From the NCBI RefSeq assembly GCF_006345805.1, contig NC_043006.1, positions 7,006,001 through 7,070,000 of the forward strand: a stretch of 64,000 bases of DNA, read 5' to 3'. Both the position numbers and the translations under genes were made by a program. Shown here one piece after another: positions 28,381-41,155 of the stretch. The stretch's first letter is position 1; each line of letters opens with the position of its first letter. Origin of the DNA: Octopus sinensis (Eukaryota). The notes beneath the pieces were generated by a model, which was given only the letters and a program-made list of their open reading frames with translations, was not told where the DNA came from and did not search any database.

Positions 28381-28649
28381 CGTAAAGAATGTGGACCGCA
28401 CCCCCATTCGTTTTTTTTCCTTTTTTTTTTTACAGGATCTCCCATTTTCCAGTACGGAGATTCCAATTCTGCCAGAAAAGAAACGGTATTTAAAATTTTT
28501 AATTTTTTGCCGAAATACGTAGAAAAATGCGGAGAATAATCTCCGTATTTTTCTAGCTATTTCGCAAAACAAAATATTTGAAAAAATGGAAAATTGAAGT
28601 ATTTGGAGGGTGGGGGTTTGGGAGGTGGAAATTAAAATTTTAAAATGTG

Positions 28650-30040
28650 TTTTTTTTTTTTTTTTTTTTTTTGCAGAATCAGTTAAAGAATGTGGTCGCT
28701 ATAATCGACTAAATCTCTCCCCTAATATTTTGACACAATACCGCAATTCTCCTGCTTATCTTATCGACTTGGAAAGGATGAAAGTCGACCTCAGACGAAT
28801 TTGAACTCGGAACATAAAGCCGGACGAAATCCCGCTAAGCATTTTGCGCATCGCGCTAACGATTCTGCCAGATCGCCTCCTTCCTCTCCCTTAATATTAA
28901 TTTCAAATTTTGACACAAGGCCAGCAAAACTGGGGTCGATTACATCAACTGATGCTTATTTTATCGACCTCGAAAGGCAAAAAGGCAAACTCAATCCCGG
29001 CGGAATTTGAATTTAGAACGTAAAATTGACCGACATACCTATTTCTTTACTACTCACAAGGGGCTAAACACAGAGAGGACAAACAAGGACAGACAGACGG
29101 ATTAAGTCGATTATATCGACCCCAGTGCGTAACTAGCACTTAATGTATCGACCCCGAAAGAATGAAAGGCAAAGTCGACCTCAGCGGAATTGGAACTCAG
29201 AACGTAACGGCAGACGAAATACCGCTAAGCATTTCGCCCGAAGTACTAACGTTTCTGCTAGCTCGTCAAATTGGACGACATACCGTTAAGCATTTTGGTC
29301 AACGTGCTATCAATTCTTCCCAGCTCGCTGTCTTCCTTTCCCTTAAGATTCATAGCTTTGAAAGGCGGTGAGATGGAAGACCCGTTAGCACGCCGGGCAA
29401 AATGCTTAGCGGCATTTCACCCGCTTTTACATTCTGAGTTCAAATTCCACCGACGTCGACTTTGCCTTTCACCCATTCGAAGTAGATAAAATAATTGCCA
29501 GTTGAACACTAGAGTTGCTCTAATCGATTTAACCTCTTTAGTGAAATATATTTCTTTACTGCCCACAAGGGGCTAAACATAGAGGGGACAAACAAGGACA
29601 GACAAACGGATTAAGTCGATTATATCGACCCCAGTGCGTAACTGGTACTTATTTAATCGACCCCGAAAGGATGAAAGGCAAAGTCGATCTCGGCGGAATT
29701 TGAACTCAGAACGTAACGACAGACGAAATACCACTAAGCATTTTGCCCAGCGTGCCAACGTTTCTTCCAGCTCGCCGCCTTGTTTTAAGTGGCCATGAAA
29801 CCTATATTGATAGGCTTGTGCAAAATTTGGAAAAATCGAGTAGTATTAATAATTTGTGCGTAGGACAGGTTCATGATTGCTTTTCTGGATGTTTATTCTC
29901 TGAGTTCAAATCCCGTTGAGGTCAGATTGCAATTTTATTCTTTAGTGACCGATAAAATACGTAGCAGTTGGTCAATAGGTTCAATTTAATCGACTTCCCT
30001 GTTCTCAAAATTACTGACTTTGTCCCAAAATTTGCAATAA
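28650..30040. mobile_element. Cluster of family-A SINEs and fragments in both orientations
   Basis: Minus copies at ~28700-28870, 28910-29260 (tandem junction at ~29040) and 29548-29780; plus copies at 29363-29530 and ~29880-30040. Confidence 0.8.
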
Positions 30041-30686
30041 ATATTTACGTTCTTTTAAGGTCGAGAAAATAGCGAACAATATTCATCCCTGATAAAACAT
30101 CAGTTCAAAACTGCCATCGTCGCTTTGTTTATAGTCGATATAAATAGCAGTATATTTCGATCGCTACAAAACAGATTTTTCTTTATGGCTTTGTACGTAG
30201 CGGGCAGATGAAAGGGCTCGGCAAAATATTTGTTGCCTTTAAGGGTGTATGTGTGGATTCGCCTGAGAAAAAGTTACCTTTGATATATCTGTTATATATT
30301 ATTTGATTTACACTGCTGAATCTTGAAATAGATATTGATCTAATATATCACACTTTATTGTAATAACTTAGTATATCAATAACAAAAAATTCACACACAG
30401 ACACACACAAAAGGTGTATGGTTCACAGTATAAACGAGGCTAATGATTTTCTCATATATTATTCATTGCCATTAATAATCCATCTACATTTCTTTCATCT
30501 GAATATATTCTTAAAAAATGATAGTCAATTCATATATAATATATCTTATTAATGTAATCCACACGTAATATATCATATGTAACATATCTGAGCTTTCTGT
30601 ATGGTTGTGGGTTTATGAATTTCGAAGTTAAACAGTCCTGGTTTCAAACGCATTGTAGGGTACCTAGTGGAAGAATGTTTGCTCTA

Positions 30687-30739
<53 letters not shown>

Positions 30740-30741
30740 TA

Positions 30742-31145
30742 TATATTTATAAAACTGCCATATTAGTATGGCGATAACTATTAATTTCCAGTAACGCTGC
30801 CGTAATCTCCTTTAGAGAGACTTAGTAATTTTAATATTTCTATTATTGAAAACAAGTGGATGTATTCCACTGTAACTAGGAAAATAAAATCTTCGAACAG
30901 AGACGGTCAGTAGCGACACCTGCGGGTCTGACTACGCTGCATTGATAAAGGGCAACGACCCTGAAACATGTCTGCAGCTGTCTGACTAGCAGGATGAAGC
31001 GGCTGACCTCCCCTGTTCGAAGGTTTGTAATGGACGCAGGTTGTGTGTCAAATAGCTAGCTAGAGGCGGTGGCCTCTTGGAGCTAATCAGCGACAGCTTT
31101 AGTCTTATATTTATAAGACTGCCATATTAGTATGGTGATAACTAT
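30742..31145 (+). mobile_element. 364-bp unit with 40-bp terminal direct repeat and central hammerhead (pLTR/retrozyme-like)
   Basis: tatatttataa.actgccatattagtatgg.gataactat at 30742-30781 and 31106-31145 (2 mismatches); lies between (CT)n and (TA)n. Confidence 0.7.
30936..30978 (+). ncRNA. Type I minimal hammerhead, U3:A8 variant
   Basis: gctgca UUGAUAA aggg-caacga-ccct GAAAC-AU-GUC tgcagc; 6-bp stem I, ACAUGU palindrome, GUC site. Confidence 0.7.
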
Positions 31146-31162
31146 ATATATATATATATATA

Positions 31163-31437
31163 TTACGGAGATGTACTTGCATAGCGAGTGACTTGATCTG
31201 AGATCGTGTGCTGGAACAAAACAATTACAGCGTGGAAGGTGTTTATAAACCATTTAAGAAACACACAAAAACCGTTAGATTCACTTCAACATTTAAATTT
31301 AATTTGTCAAAATATTTAGTCAAAATATTTTCGCCGCTTTCAGACCGTACAAAGTTTTGTCAGTGAACATGTCGCGGTCTCAAAGCGACGAAAATATATT
31401 TTGATAAATTAAATTTAAATGTTAAAGTGAATCTAAT

Positions 31438-31442
<5 letters not shown>
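31163..31442. mobile_element. TA-embedded fold-back element
   Basis: 31269-31347 and 31375-31442 are near reverse complements. Confidence 0.75.
31356..31408 (+). ncRNA. Type I minimal hammerhead, G3:C8 variant
   Basis: tttgtca GUGAACA u gtcgc-ggtctcaaa-gcgac GAAA atatat UU tgataaa; 7-bp stem I (one GU), AAUAUAUU palindrome. Confidence 0.65.
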
Positions 31443-31489
<47 letters not shown>

Positions 31490-31500
31490 ATATATATATA

Positions 31501-31707
31501 AGGGAAAGTTTACGAAAATAAGCAAAAGACGAAGGCAGGTGGAGTACAAACAAACAAATGTATTAGTATAACGCTCAGAAATAGAAAAAGTCTTTTACGT
31601 TTCGAGCCTACGCTCTTCGACAGAAAGATACACAGAAAAAATCAAGGAGAGAAACAACGACAGAAAAAAATGCGTGTAGTAGCTAACGATCTATCATGGC
31701 GTTCTGA
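31501..31707 (-). mobile_element. 207-bp TA-embedded element with hammerhead-like motif (CUGUCGA core)
   Basis: Minus strand tcttt ctgtcga a gagc gtag gctc gaaac gta aaaga at 31591-31628; relatives at 42913-43085 and 53760-53910. Confidence 0.7.
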
Positions 31708-31714
31708 TATATAA

Positions 31715-31824
<110 letters not shown>

Positions 31825-32880
31825 GCGCGCGTATATATATATATGCAAAATTTGATAGACAGAAAAGACAGAAAATATGTAGAAGCTTCTTTGTAAATAT
31901 ACATCTACACATATATTGGAAATATCAAAAACAACACAGGAACAAGCTTTAATGAATATTGTAATAGTTTAACGCTTAACTAAATGAAGGAAGTCTTAAC
32001 GTATAAGAAGATTGACCGACATCAATACAAAAGCAAGAAATTTTATAAAGAAATTTTATAAATCATAATTGTACAACATATCGTAATTTAACCATGGGGA
32101 CAAAGGTATACTTCCACGTTTACCCAGAGTTCGTTTCCCAACTACACGGTTCCCGGTTAATTCTTACTAGAGTGTGTGTATATGTATGTATGTATTGTGT
32201 GTGTGGCTGTCTGTCTGCCTTTGTATTTTCGTTTGCCCCTATCACTGCTTGACAACGGGCGTTTGCATGTTTGTCTCCCGCGTACTCTAGAGTTACGAGA
32301 AGAGAGTACGATAGAGTAAGAACCAGGCAAAATTATTCCTACTGGGATCGATTTGTTCTACTCAAATACTTCAAGTCGGTGACCAGGAGTACAGTTTATT
32401 TCAACAGAGAGATGGCGGTCGTATGTGACAGAAAACTCTTATATATAAAGAGCAAACAAATCCCCAATGAAGGAAAACTGTTTTTAATGCATTCGTGTAC
32501 TGGTTACAACTGTAAGCACCTTGGTAAATGGAACCATGGTAGACGAGGGAACTAAGGGTGTTTGAAAAGCCCATGCATTCCTGGTGCACTGAAGCTTGCT
32601 TGGAACAGCCCAAAAGAGCCATCCGGTCGGAATATACCGCAGTTGTTGTGGCTTACGTATATCAGCCAGAGCGCCTCACTTCGTGCGCTGTATGTGAACA
32701 AAGAAATATAAATTGCACTGGAATGGTTATTGAACATTAAATTATAAGAATATTTGTGAATTAAGCATAATTTTGAAACGAATTTCTTAACAGAGGAATG
32801 ATATTTGAGGAAGAGCAGAGAATTATTTTATTTTCCCACGACACCTAATGATTGTTATTATAACCGCAACACCGCTTCTA

Positions 32881-33799
32881 TCAGTTCATCCCATAAGTTC
32901 TGTCCGATTTTACCTTTTTTAAAATAAAATGAAATTTAATAATATTTTAGAATATGTAATGGAATTAAAAATTATTTTTATGCATTTTTATACATTTAAA
33001 CTAATTAAATGTTATTTTACGGAATAATAGAATTAAACATTTCTTTGATTAAAACCCTTTCTAACATGGAAGTATCCAAAGAGCATTTGAGGCACATAAT
33101 GCTTTATGAGAACAAAAAAGGAAACTCTGCAGCCGAAGCGACTCGAAACATACATTCAGTCTATGGTAAAGAATGCTTGAATGAAAAAACTTGCAGAAGA
33201 TGATTTGCAAAATTCAGAATTGGAGATTTCAGCCTTGAAGATGAAAATCTAACAGGACGTTAAGTTGAGTTTGATGATAAGCTCCTTGAAGCATGGCTTG
33301 AAGAAAATCCTGTATTATCAATTGAAGAATTGGCAATAAATCTTATTTCAAACCATACAACTGTTCATCGTCATCTTCAACAACTTGGAAAGGTTCCTAA
33401 ACATGGAAAATGGGTGCCTCATGAATTGTCCGAAAGCAACCGCAAATCTCGAGTTGACATCTGCTCTTCTCTCCATTCTCGCGAACTCATTTCACCCTTT
33501 TTGGTTCATGATGCCGTCAGGACCAGAGAAGAAGCCGGCTCAACCCACCCTGGGTGAACGCCGTCACAAGTACAAGTGAGTACAAGCCAGGAGGTGGTCG
33601 AAACTGACATTTCAGAGTTCTTCTCTTTGAAACCAAAAGAGCTTTACACTGATGGGATTAAAAAGCTTGTAAATAGATGGAAGGAAGTCATAGATAATCA
33701 GGGAAATTACGTTGATGATTAAATTTCAATTAAAAATAACATTCTTGGCCACTTTTTTTCTTTATTCAAAATTCGGACAGAACTTATGGGATGACCTGA
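32881..33799 (+). mobile_element. Mariner element lacking the catalytic D,D34D region
   Basis: 27-bp TIRs tcag.tcatcccataagttctgtccga with TA TSD; MEVSKEHLRHIMLYE..WVPHELSE..SPFL then ..YTDGIKKLVNRWKEVIDNQGNY. Confidence 0.9.
33502..33586 (+). mobile_element. RTE-type LINE 3' terminus inside the mariner
   Basis: Matches 52326-52414 (DAVRTREEAGST.PG*, caagta tail). Confidence 0.85.
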
Positions 33800-34829
33800 T
33801 ATTTTAGTATAATTATTTCTTTATTGTGTCGTTAGAATCATTATTCCATTTTTGGATAATTTTCATAATCACGAATCATTATTATTATTAACCTGTATTG
33901 ATTTTAATTTCCTATTCGTTTTCGCCACCTATTAACTTTAACTGTACTAATCGCGTCAATTAATTCGCATAACTGCCCATGACTATATTTTCATTGTGAC
34001 GTAAATTCCTCATTCCATTAAATGTTTGACCCCACGCTTTAGTAATTGTTACTGGATAAGCTGATTTATTAGGAGACATTTCTTTGTAACATACAAGTAA
34101 ATTTTAATCACTCGGAACTAGTTTAACTGTAAGCATTAATGTTCGACTACCTGCAAAAGCATCACTTGTTAACAAGGTTACTATATAATTCAGATGTAAG
34201 TTAACGATTTGTAGTCTCATTCCATTACAAGCTCTGTGTTGAATTGATATATTACGTAATTGCATTACAACTGATCATATATTTAGATTCAGTCTGTGTG
34301 GTGGCATTCTGGATGTAATAAATGAGTTAAGTAATTCAGTTGTGTAGAATTTATTATTTATCTGATTATCGCTGACTACTTTGCATTCAATAAAATATAT
34401 TTAAGGTTTTCGGCAAAGGTTCTAAAACCTGATAATTCGAAGAAAAGCAGAGGAATTTCTCGGAGAAAAGTACGCAGGCAATTGCCTCTTCTTCGCCAAC
34501 GTTTCGGTAACAAGAATATTTACAGAAAATTTCGTTACGTTAAAAGCATAGTCCTCAGACGTGACGAAATGTTAATCCCGCCTTAGTCGGTCTGATTCGA
34601 TTTCTAAGCGGAAGCAATTAATTCGCTCATTCTCTTTGTTTTTCTGCGCCTCCTATATATTTTATCTCTGGGCTTATTGCCTAAATTCTACCAATAAGCT
34701 TCTTTGTGTATACATCAACTGCAGCAATTAAATTTTCAGATCGAACAATAGGTAATATTTGTCCATAGTCCTTCTCATTGAGATAATATTTTTTCCGAAA
34801 CTTCTGTTGGTAGCAGGGCGATTCTTAAT

Positions 34830-36520
34830 GGTATGAATGACAAAGGTACGTATTACAACTGCTCCATGAATCGTTTCTGGTGTTGCAGCGAATTGGACGG
34901 ACCTGTTCTTGTTTGTGCCTCATGCTTGATGCGTGTTCATCTGATATCTCAGACGTTCTTTAAAGACCTCCACATCTACTCCTCTCAAATCTCTGAGATC
35001 GTTTGGCACAATGTTGAATAATTGAGAACCATTGAAACCCAAACTGTTACAGTACAGGGTCCTTACTTCATATGGAAAAGACAAGAACTTTGATTCTATG
35101 CAGTGCTGGCCAGCTCGGTGGTTAGTATATTTTTCAGTTCTAAATTTGGGAACTAGAACTACCAGGATCTTCCGTAAATGTATCACTGCATATCTTTCGT
35201 ATATTTTCTCTAGCTAGTACCTTCAACTTCTCCAATCACCTCATCTGTTTCACAGAGTCAGTCTCCTTAGGGAATTGGCGCTGGGTTAGCTTGAGTTCCC
35301 TTCTAATTTGATATTCTCCGTGACCACAGTTTGGATTAGTAATTCAGACGACAGGAAGCAACTATTCTACAGAGAAGTAGTATGGTACTCTTTTTCCTGG
35401 TTCTAAATTATCTCAAACTAGAGACAGCCACTCGGCTGCACAGTGATGCCGTCTTGGTAATATGTTCAAGAAATGTTGCATTATTACCTATGTGGATTCC
35501 TAGGCCAGACACCGATTCTGACTCAAGAATTGTGCTACCACTTCTTCATTTTATTCCGATAGTAATCTGTTTGTGGGCTTCTAATGAAGTGCTTCAAACT
35601 CTTCACTATTAAACGGAATTTTAATTTTATCTGCCCCCTGCAGTTTCAGAATGTCATCGGGCTCCTTGACCACCTGTGATAACTTTGAACCATCAGTGTA
35701 GCATGTGAGAGAGACTGGTTTTATGGCTGAGTTTTATGGCTGAGTGACTCCACTGAAAGCTGATGTCTTCCCAGAGATAGCACCATGGACTGAACCTCTG
35801 ACTTCTGGCTTTAAAAAAAATCTTGCAGCCATTCATATAATTTCCAGGCCACGCAGCTTGTAATATATCATCCCATGATCAACTTTGTCCAAGGCCTTAA
35901 TACGGTCGAATTATTTCACATCCACAATTGTGTAGTTGAGCTGTTATTTCCGTGCTCAGTCAGAATGCATTAGTAGCTGTGTGAGGCAGCTCTTCTGTGG
36001 GCAAAAACCACGTTGCCTGTTTTTGTGCAAGCTATTTTCTTCCGGGAAGGTGATCTTTTTGACAATGAGTTCCATGACCATTCCACCATGTGAGGCCAGA
36101 GAGATAGGCCTGTAAATTTTAACATTTGCTCTACTTCTTCGTTTATTGACAGGGCATGCTATACCTTCCTTTAACGCTATGGGAGATTACCCCATGCAAG
36201 GAGACTTTGAAAGAGTGTGTGGAGTGGTTTATAAACCTTTTTCATCCGGAAATCTATTTGGGCCCGTTTCTGGGTTTGAGTTCTTTTCGTCAATGGCCAA
36301 TATCACACCTTCCTTTATATCGATGTAACTAATAACTACAACTTTCCCGTGAAGTTCTGCAGTGTTGAAGAACTCATCAGGCCTGTTTACTTGCATATTT
36401 TCCAGTGAAGAGGTGAAGACACTTGTGAATTGTTTATTTAGTATTTCGTTTATCCTCCTAGCGTGTATACTTATTGAGACGTCTTCACAAAGCGGCTCTA
36501 TATTGTAGTGCACTGAGTCA
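34830..36520 (-). pseudogene. Decayed CR1-group LINE ORF2 (RT region to C-terminus)
   Basis: NKQFTSVFT, RPISL, RQRGF..KSCLTQL, KALDKVDHGMI, SGVTQ, CYTDGSK (YADD position), FNGSQLFNIVPNDLRDL. Confidence 0.8.
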
Positions 36521-36553
36521 GATGTTTTTGTAAACTTCTAGTACACTTATATA

Positions 36554-36785
36554 TATTTCTTTACTACCCACAAGGGGCTAAACACAGTGGGGACAAACAA
36601 GGACAGACAAACGGATTAAGTCGATTAGATCGACCCCAGTGCGTAACTGGTACTTAATTTATCGACCCCGAAAGGATGAAAGGCAAAGTGGACCTCGGGG
36701 GAATTTGAACTCAGAACGTAACGGCAGACGAAATATGGCTACGCATTTCGCCCGGCGTGCTAACGATTCTGCCAGCTCGCCGCCT
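36554..36785 (-). mobile_element. SINE family A
   Basis: Full match; tac(a/g)cttata on both flanks. Confidence 0.85.
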
Positions 36786-36791
36786 TACGCT

Positions 36792-36822
<31 letters not shown>

Positions 36823-36827
36823 TATAT

Positions 36828-36967
<140 letters not shown>

Positions 36968-38034
36968 TATTTTTGACATCTCCTGATTGGTGATATTGTA
37001 AGAAGGTAAATTATTTCCCCTGCATTTTTAATTTTCAAGAATTTCATGTGCTCGCTTTCAATTTCGTGTTTAATTTATTTTAATAACAAAGCGAGAAATT
37101 ATAGATAGTTCTAGTGGTTAGAAGTTAATACATTATACGAAAGGGATCGTGATTTATTTCTGCAAATCTCATTATTCATCTTGAAGAGTCAGTTAAATAT
37201 TTCCACACGTGATATTGAATCCCAACTGACACAGTTCTACATCATACATATTGGCAATGTGAAATTAAACGACACAGGAATGTTAGCGTTACAATTAAAC
37301 CACCCACGGATTCTAGATAGGTACAAAGTTCTCATTTGTCATCTATTATACAGCTGGCAACAAAATTGTTATACACACACACATATATATATATATGTAT
37401 CGTGTAATAAAAATCAGATTAGATATTGAGACTTTAAAATATTAGACATATATGAAAGAGCAGCATTTATTACAATGGACATATAAATGTTCTACAACTC
37501 TTGTCGAGTAATAGCTTACTAATATTCTTATAAATAAACTACTACAGATACCTATTCGAGAATCTGAGAAATATATCTTTTCTGTAATTATTAATTAACT
37601 TCGTAGGTTCAAAGTGTATACTTTCTATATTTAAACCCTATCGAAAAGTATTTAGAATTATATAAATAAATAGATTTTCTTTTAATTTAAATGCTTTTAT
37701 TGCGTATAATCAATACTGAAGTGCTGCCCGTCATATGACGGTTAACTTTGAAGGTATATTTTTGTTAGAATTAGTAATTGTCGGGAATGAGACTATATAT
37801 AAAATAATTATAATTTAACTTATAACAAATTTTCTTCAGGCTTACAAATTTTCAAAAGAAAAGTATTCGTTACTTTAATATAGAATTACATAATGCAATA
37901 TTCAAAAAGAAATAAAGAACTGGGAACAAATTTACTCTTGGTGAATTAATATGATGTAACTTTCTATACACTCACTTTCTGCCTTTATCCTCTTCCTATC
38001 TCTGTTTTCGCTTTCTCTCTCTCCCTTGTGAATA

Positions 38035-38870
38035 CGAGGTGGTAGCAAGAGGTTCCCGAACTAGTTATGTTTAATGAAAAAATAACTAATTTTCCTAAAT
38101 TTTAAATAATTTCGCAGCCATACATCGGTTTCAGTGTACCTGGACCTTTTGTAATCCGGCCTGGAAGTCGTTTTCTACAAGCAAATAGAGAACCTTCTGC
38201 GATTCGATTTGGTTCTCGACAACGATGTTAAAACGTTGACCTTTGAACTGCATTTTCAAATGCTAAATCTGGCGATTAAGAGTGCGTGCGAAAGCAATAA
38301 CATGTTGCTTTTGGCGAGAAACTCACGAGTGAGGAAAACCTGGTCACAGGGGGCATTGTCATCGTGAAGAATCCAATTATTCATGCTCCACAGCAACGAT
38401 TGCTTTCGCCGAATATCCTCCCTCGAACACTTCAAAACATCGCAGTAGAATTTTCAACTGACGGCCTGTCCCTGCGGGACGAATTCCCGATACACAATAC
38501 CACACATCAGGAAGTGAAGCTCATGGTAGGCCTTACAGATCACTCATCATTTTTCCGGAACGTTCTTCTGCTTTTGAAGCATTCGTGTTACTCGAAATAT
38601 TGCGCACGACCTATTGCCTCGTTGCCGTAAGCTTGTCGAGGCATGCTTGTGAAGGCATGCTCAATGTCTCCGTAGCAGACTTCCTAATTTTAAAGCAAAA
38701 TTTTATGTTCACTCTTTGTTCTTCTCCATAACAAAGTCGCAGACTACAGCACAAACCAACTTGTGAAGTAAAAACTGCAATGTCACTCGGCACGCTGCCT
38801 GATGAAGGTCACTGCTAGCTCTCACTGTACATGCAAATGTGTGTTGCCATCCGCTGCCGGATAACACCTT
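38035..38870 (-). mobile_element. Decayed mariner, one TIR retained
   Basis: EEQRVNIKFCFKIRKSATET, EFVPQGQ, WILHDDNAP remnants; ta|cgaggtggtagcaagaggttcccg end at 38035. Confidence 0.75.
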
Positions 38871-38918
38871 ATGTACAAATACCCTCTTTCTCCTACTGAG
38901 TTATTTCTATCGCTATAA

Positions 38919-39150
38919 ACTCTTAACTCTTGCTCTTTTACTCTTTTACTTGTTTGGGTCAGTTGACTGCGGCCATGCTGGAGCACCGCCTTTAGTCGAG
39001 CAACTCGACCCCAGGACTTATTCTTTGTAAGCCCAGTACTTATTCTATCGGTCACTTTTGCCGAACCGCTAAGTGACGGGAACATAAACACACCAGCATC
39101 GATTGTCAAGCAATGCTAGGGGGACAAACACAGACACACAAACATACACG

Positions 39151-39187
<37 letters not shown>

Positions 39188-39346
39188 GATGGGCTTCTTT
39201 CAGTTTCCGTCTACCAAATCCACTCACAAGGCTTTGGTCGGCCCGAGGCTATAGCAGAAGACACTTGCCCAAGGTGCCACGCAGTGGGACTGAACCCGGA
39301 ACCATGTGGTTGGTAAGCAAGCAACTTACCACACAGCCACTCCTGT
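38919..39346 (-). mobile_element. SINE family B
   Basis: Full-length match. Confidence 0.85.
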
Positions 39347-40656
39347 GTATGCGACGTTCTTTTACTCATCGCTGTCACTAGGTCTCGTATCTGCATTGAT
39401 TCTGTCGATCTTAAGTTCACACTAATGGCACCGCTCCTTTAATTTCTCCCTCCTCCTCATTCATTCTCTCTCTTTCTCCTATTCATTAACTGTCTCTCTA
39501 TTCTCTCTCTATTCTCTCTCATCAAATCCCTGTACGATATAAAACGTGACTGCTGGAATCAACGAACCAACCATCCAACCAAACTTTATATCTATTATTA
39601 TATTGAATTGAAATTACAGCAGTTTCATTTTCTGCTCTTTCCGACGAGTAACCGATATTTCCCAAATCATACACATCCTGATGTTATTCTACCAATTTCA
39701 GTTCCATTAACTGTCTTAAGAGTTTTAGAGACTGGGGTTATAGCTGTGTTAATTCTATACCAATATCACAATAGTTTCAACTCACATAAATCGTGTCGTT
39801 TTTACATCGTTTTGGAATGTTTTCAGCGTTTTCGTGTTATTCATTAGATTATAATTGTTTCAATAGTACCAAAGTTTATTATCACAGGCCATTTAGGTTT
39901 GATTCCAACAAGCCTTGAAATGTGAATAATGGTGCTCCGATTCTATTTATGTCTACATTAGATTGCAATATTGGCTTGTATAATGTAAAACTTATTACCT
40001 TAATTTGCATTTAATTATAACGTTTATGTGAATAAAAATGAAATTGTGCTTAAAATCCATGCACACTTACAAATACGTTTCATACTATATAATAAAAATC
40101 CATCAATTAGTAGACGCTGCAAATGTCAAAATACGTAGTGATACACATCTCATCGTATAAAGATAATTGGTGTGTTGTGAAGAGGAAATACAGTTGTATG
40201 ATTGCTATTTATAAACCAGATTTCCTATATAAAAATATCCTGTAATTATACGGTGAGAATGAAGGAATATCAGGAGAAAGTCTAAGACCGTATCAAAAAA
40301 ATGATTATAGATCTAGAGGTAATCAAGTTCTCCTCCATTCCTCTTAATCACGTTTTGTGCGTACGTGTACGCATGGGCGGTGTTGTATAAATTCAAATAT
40401 ATTTATGTGTCTGAGAGAGAGAGAGAATGCATACATACACAGTACAACTATATTGTTTTCAGGGAACGGTGCATTAAAAAACTACATAGAAATGTTACAA
40501 GTGCTAGTTTTGTATTATTCGTGTATTTTGTATTATTTTGTATCATTGAATATATAACAAAATACCTTCAATAGTGTGTGGAAATAGATCCTGTGTAACG
40601 TGTAACATGTACACTAGTTGTGAACAAGTTTAACGTCTACGTTTCGAGATATATAT

Positions 40657-40689
<33 letters not shown>

Positions 40690-40707
<18 letters not shown>

Positions 40708-41057
40708 ATACATAGATATCAATATATGTATGTATGTGTATATATATACACACGCACACAAATATGAAGACACACACAAAACTCTCACATATACACACAT
40801 ATATACATACATACAAACATACATATATATGTATATATATGTACACACACACACACACCACACATATATATATGTGTGTGTGTGTGTGCATGTGTGTGTA
40901 TACATAGATATGAATATATGTATGTATGTGTATATATATACACACGCAGACAAATATGAAGACACACAACTCTCACATATACACACATATATACATACAA
41001 ACATACATATATGTATATATATGTATACACACCACACACACACACATCACACACACC

Positions 41058-41062
<5 letters not shown>
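40690..41062. repeat. Tandem duplication of a ~192-bp microsatellite-rich unit
   Basis: catagatat.aatatatgtatg..caaatatgaagacacac..actctcacatatac at 40711 and 40903. Confidence 0.85.
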
Positions 41063-41155
<93 letters not shown>

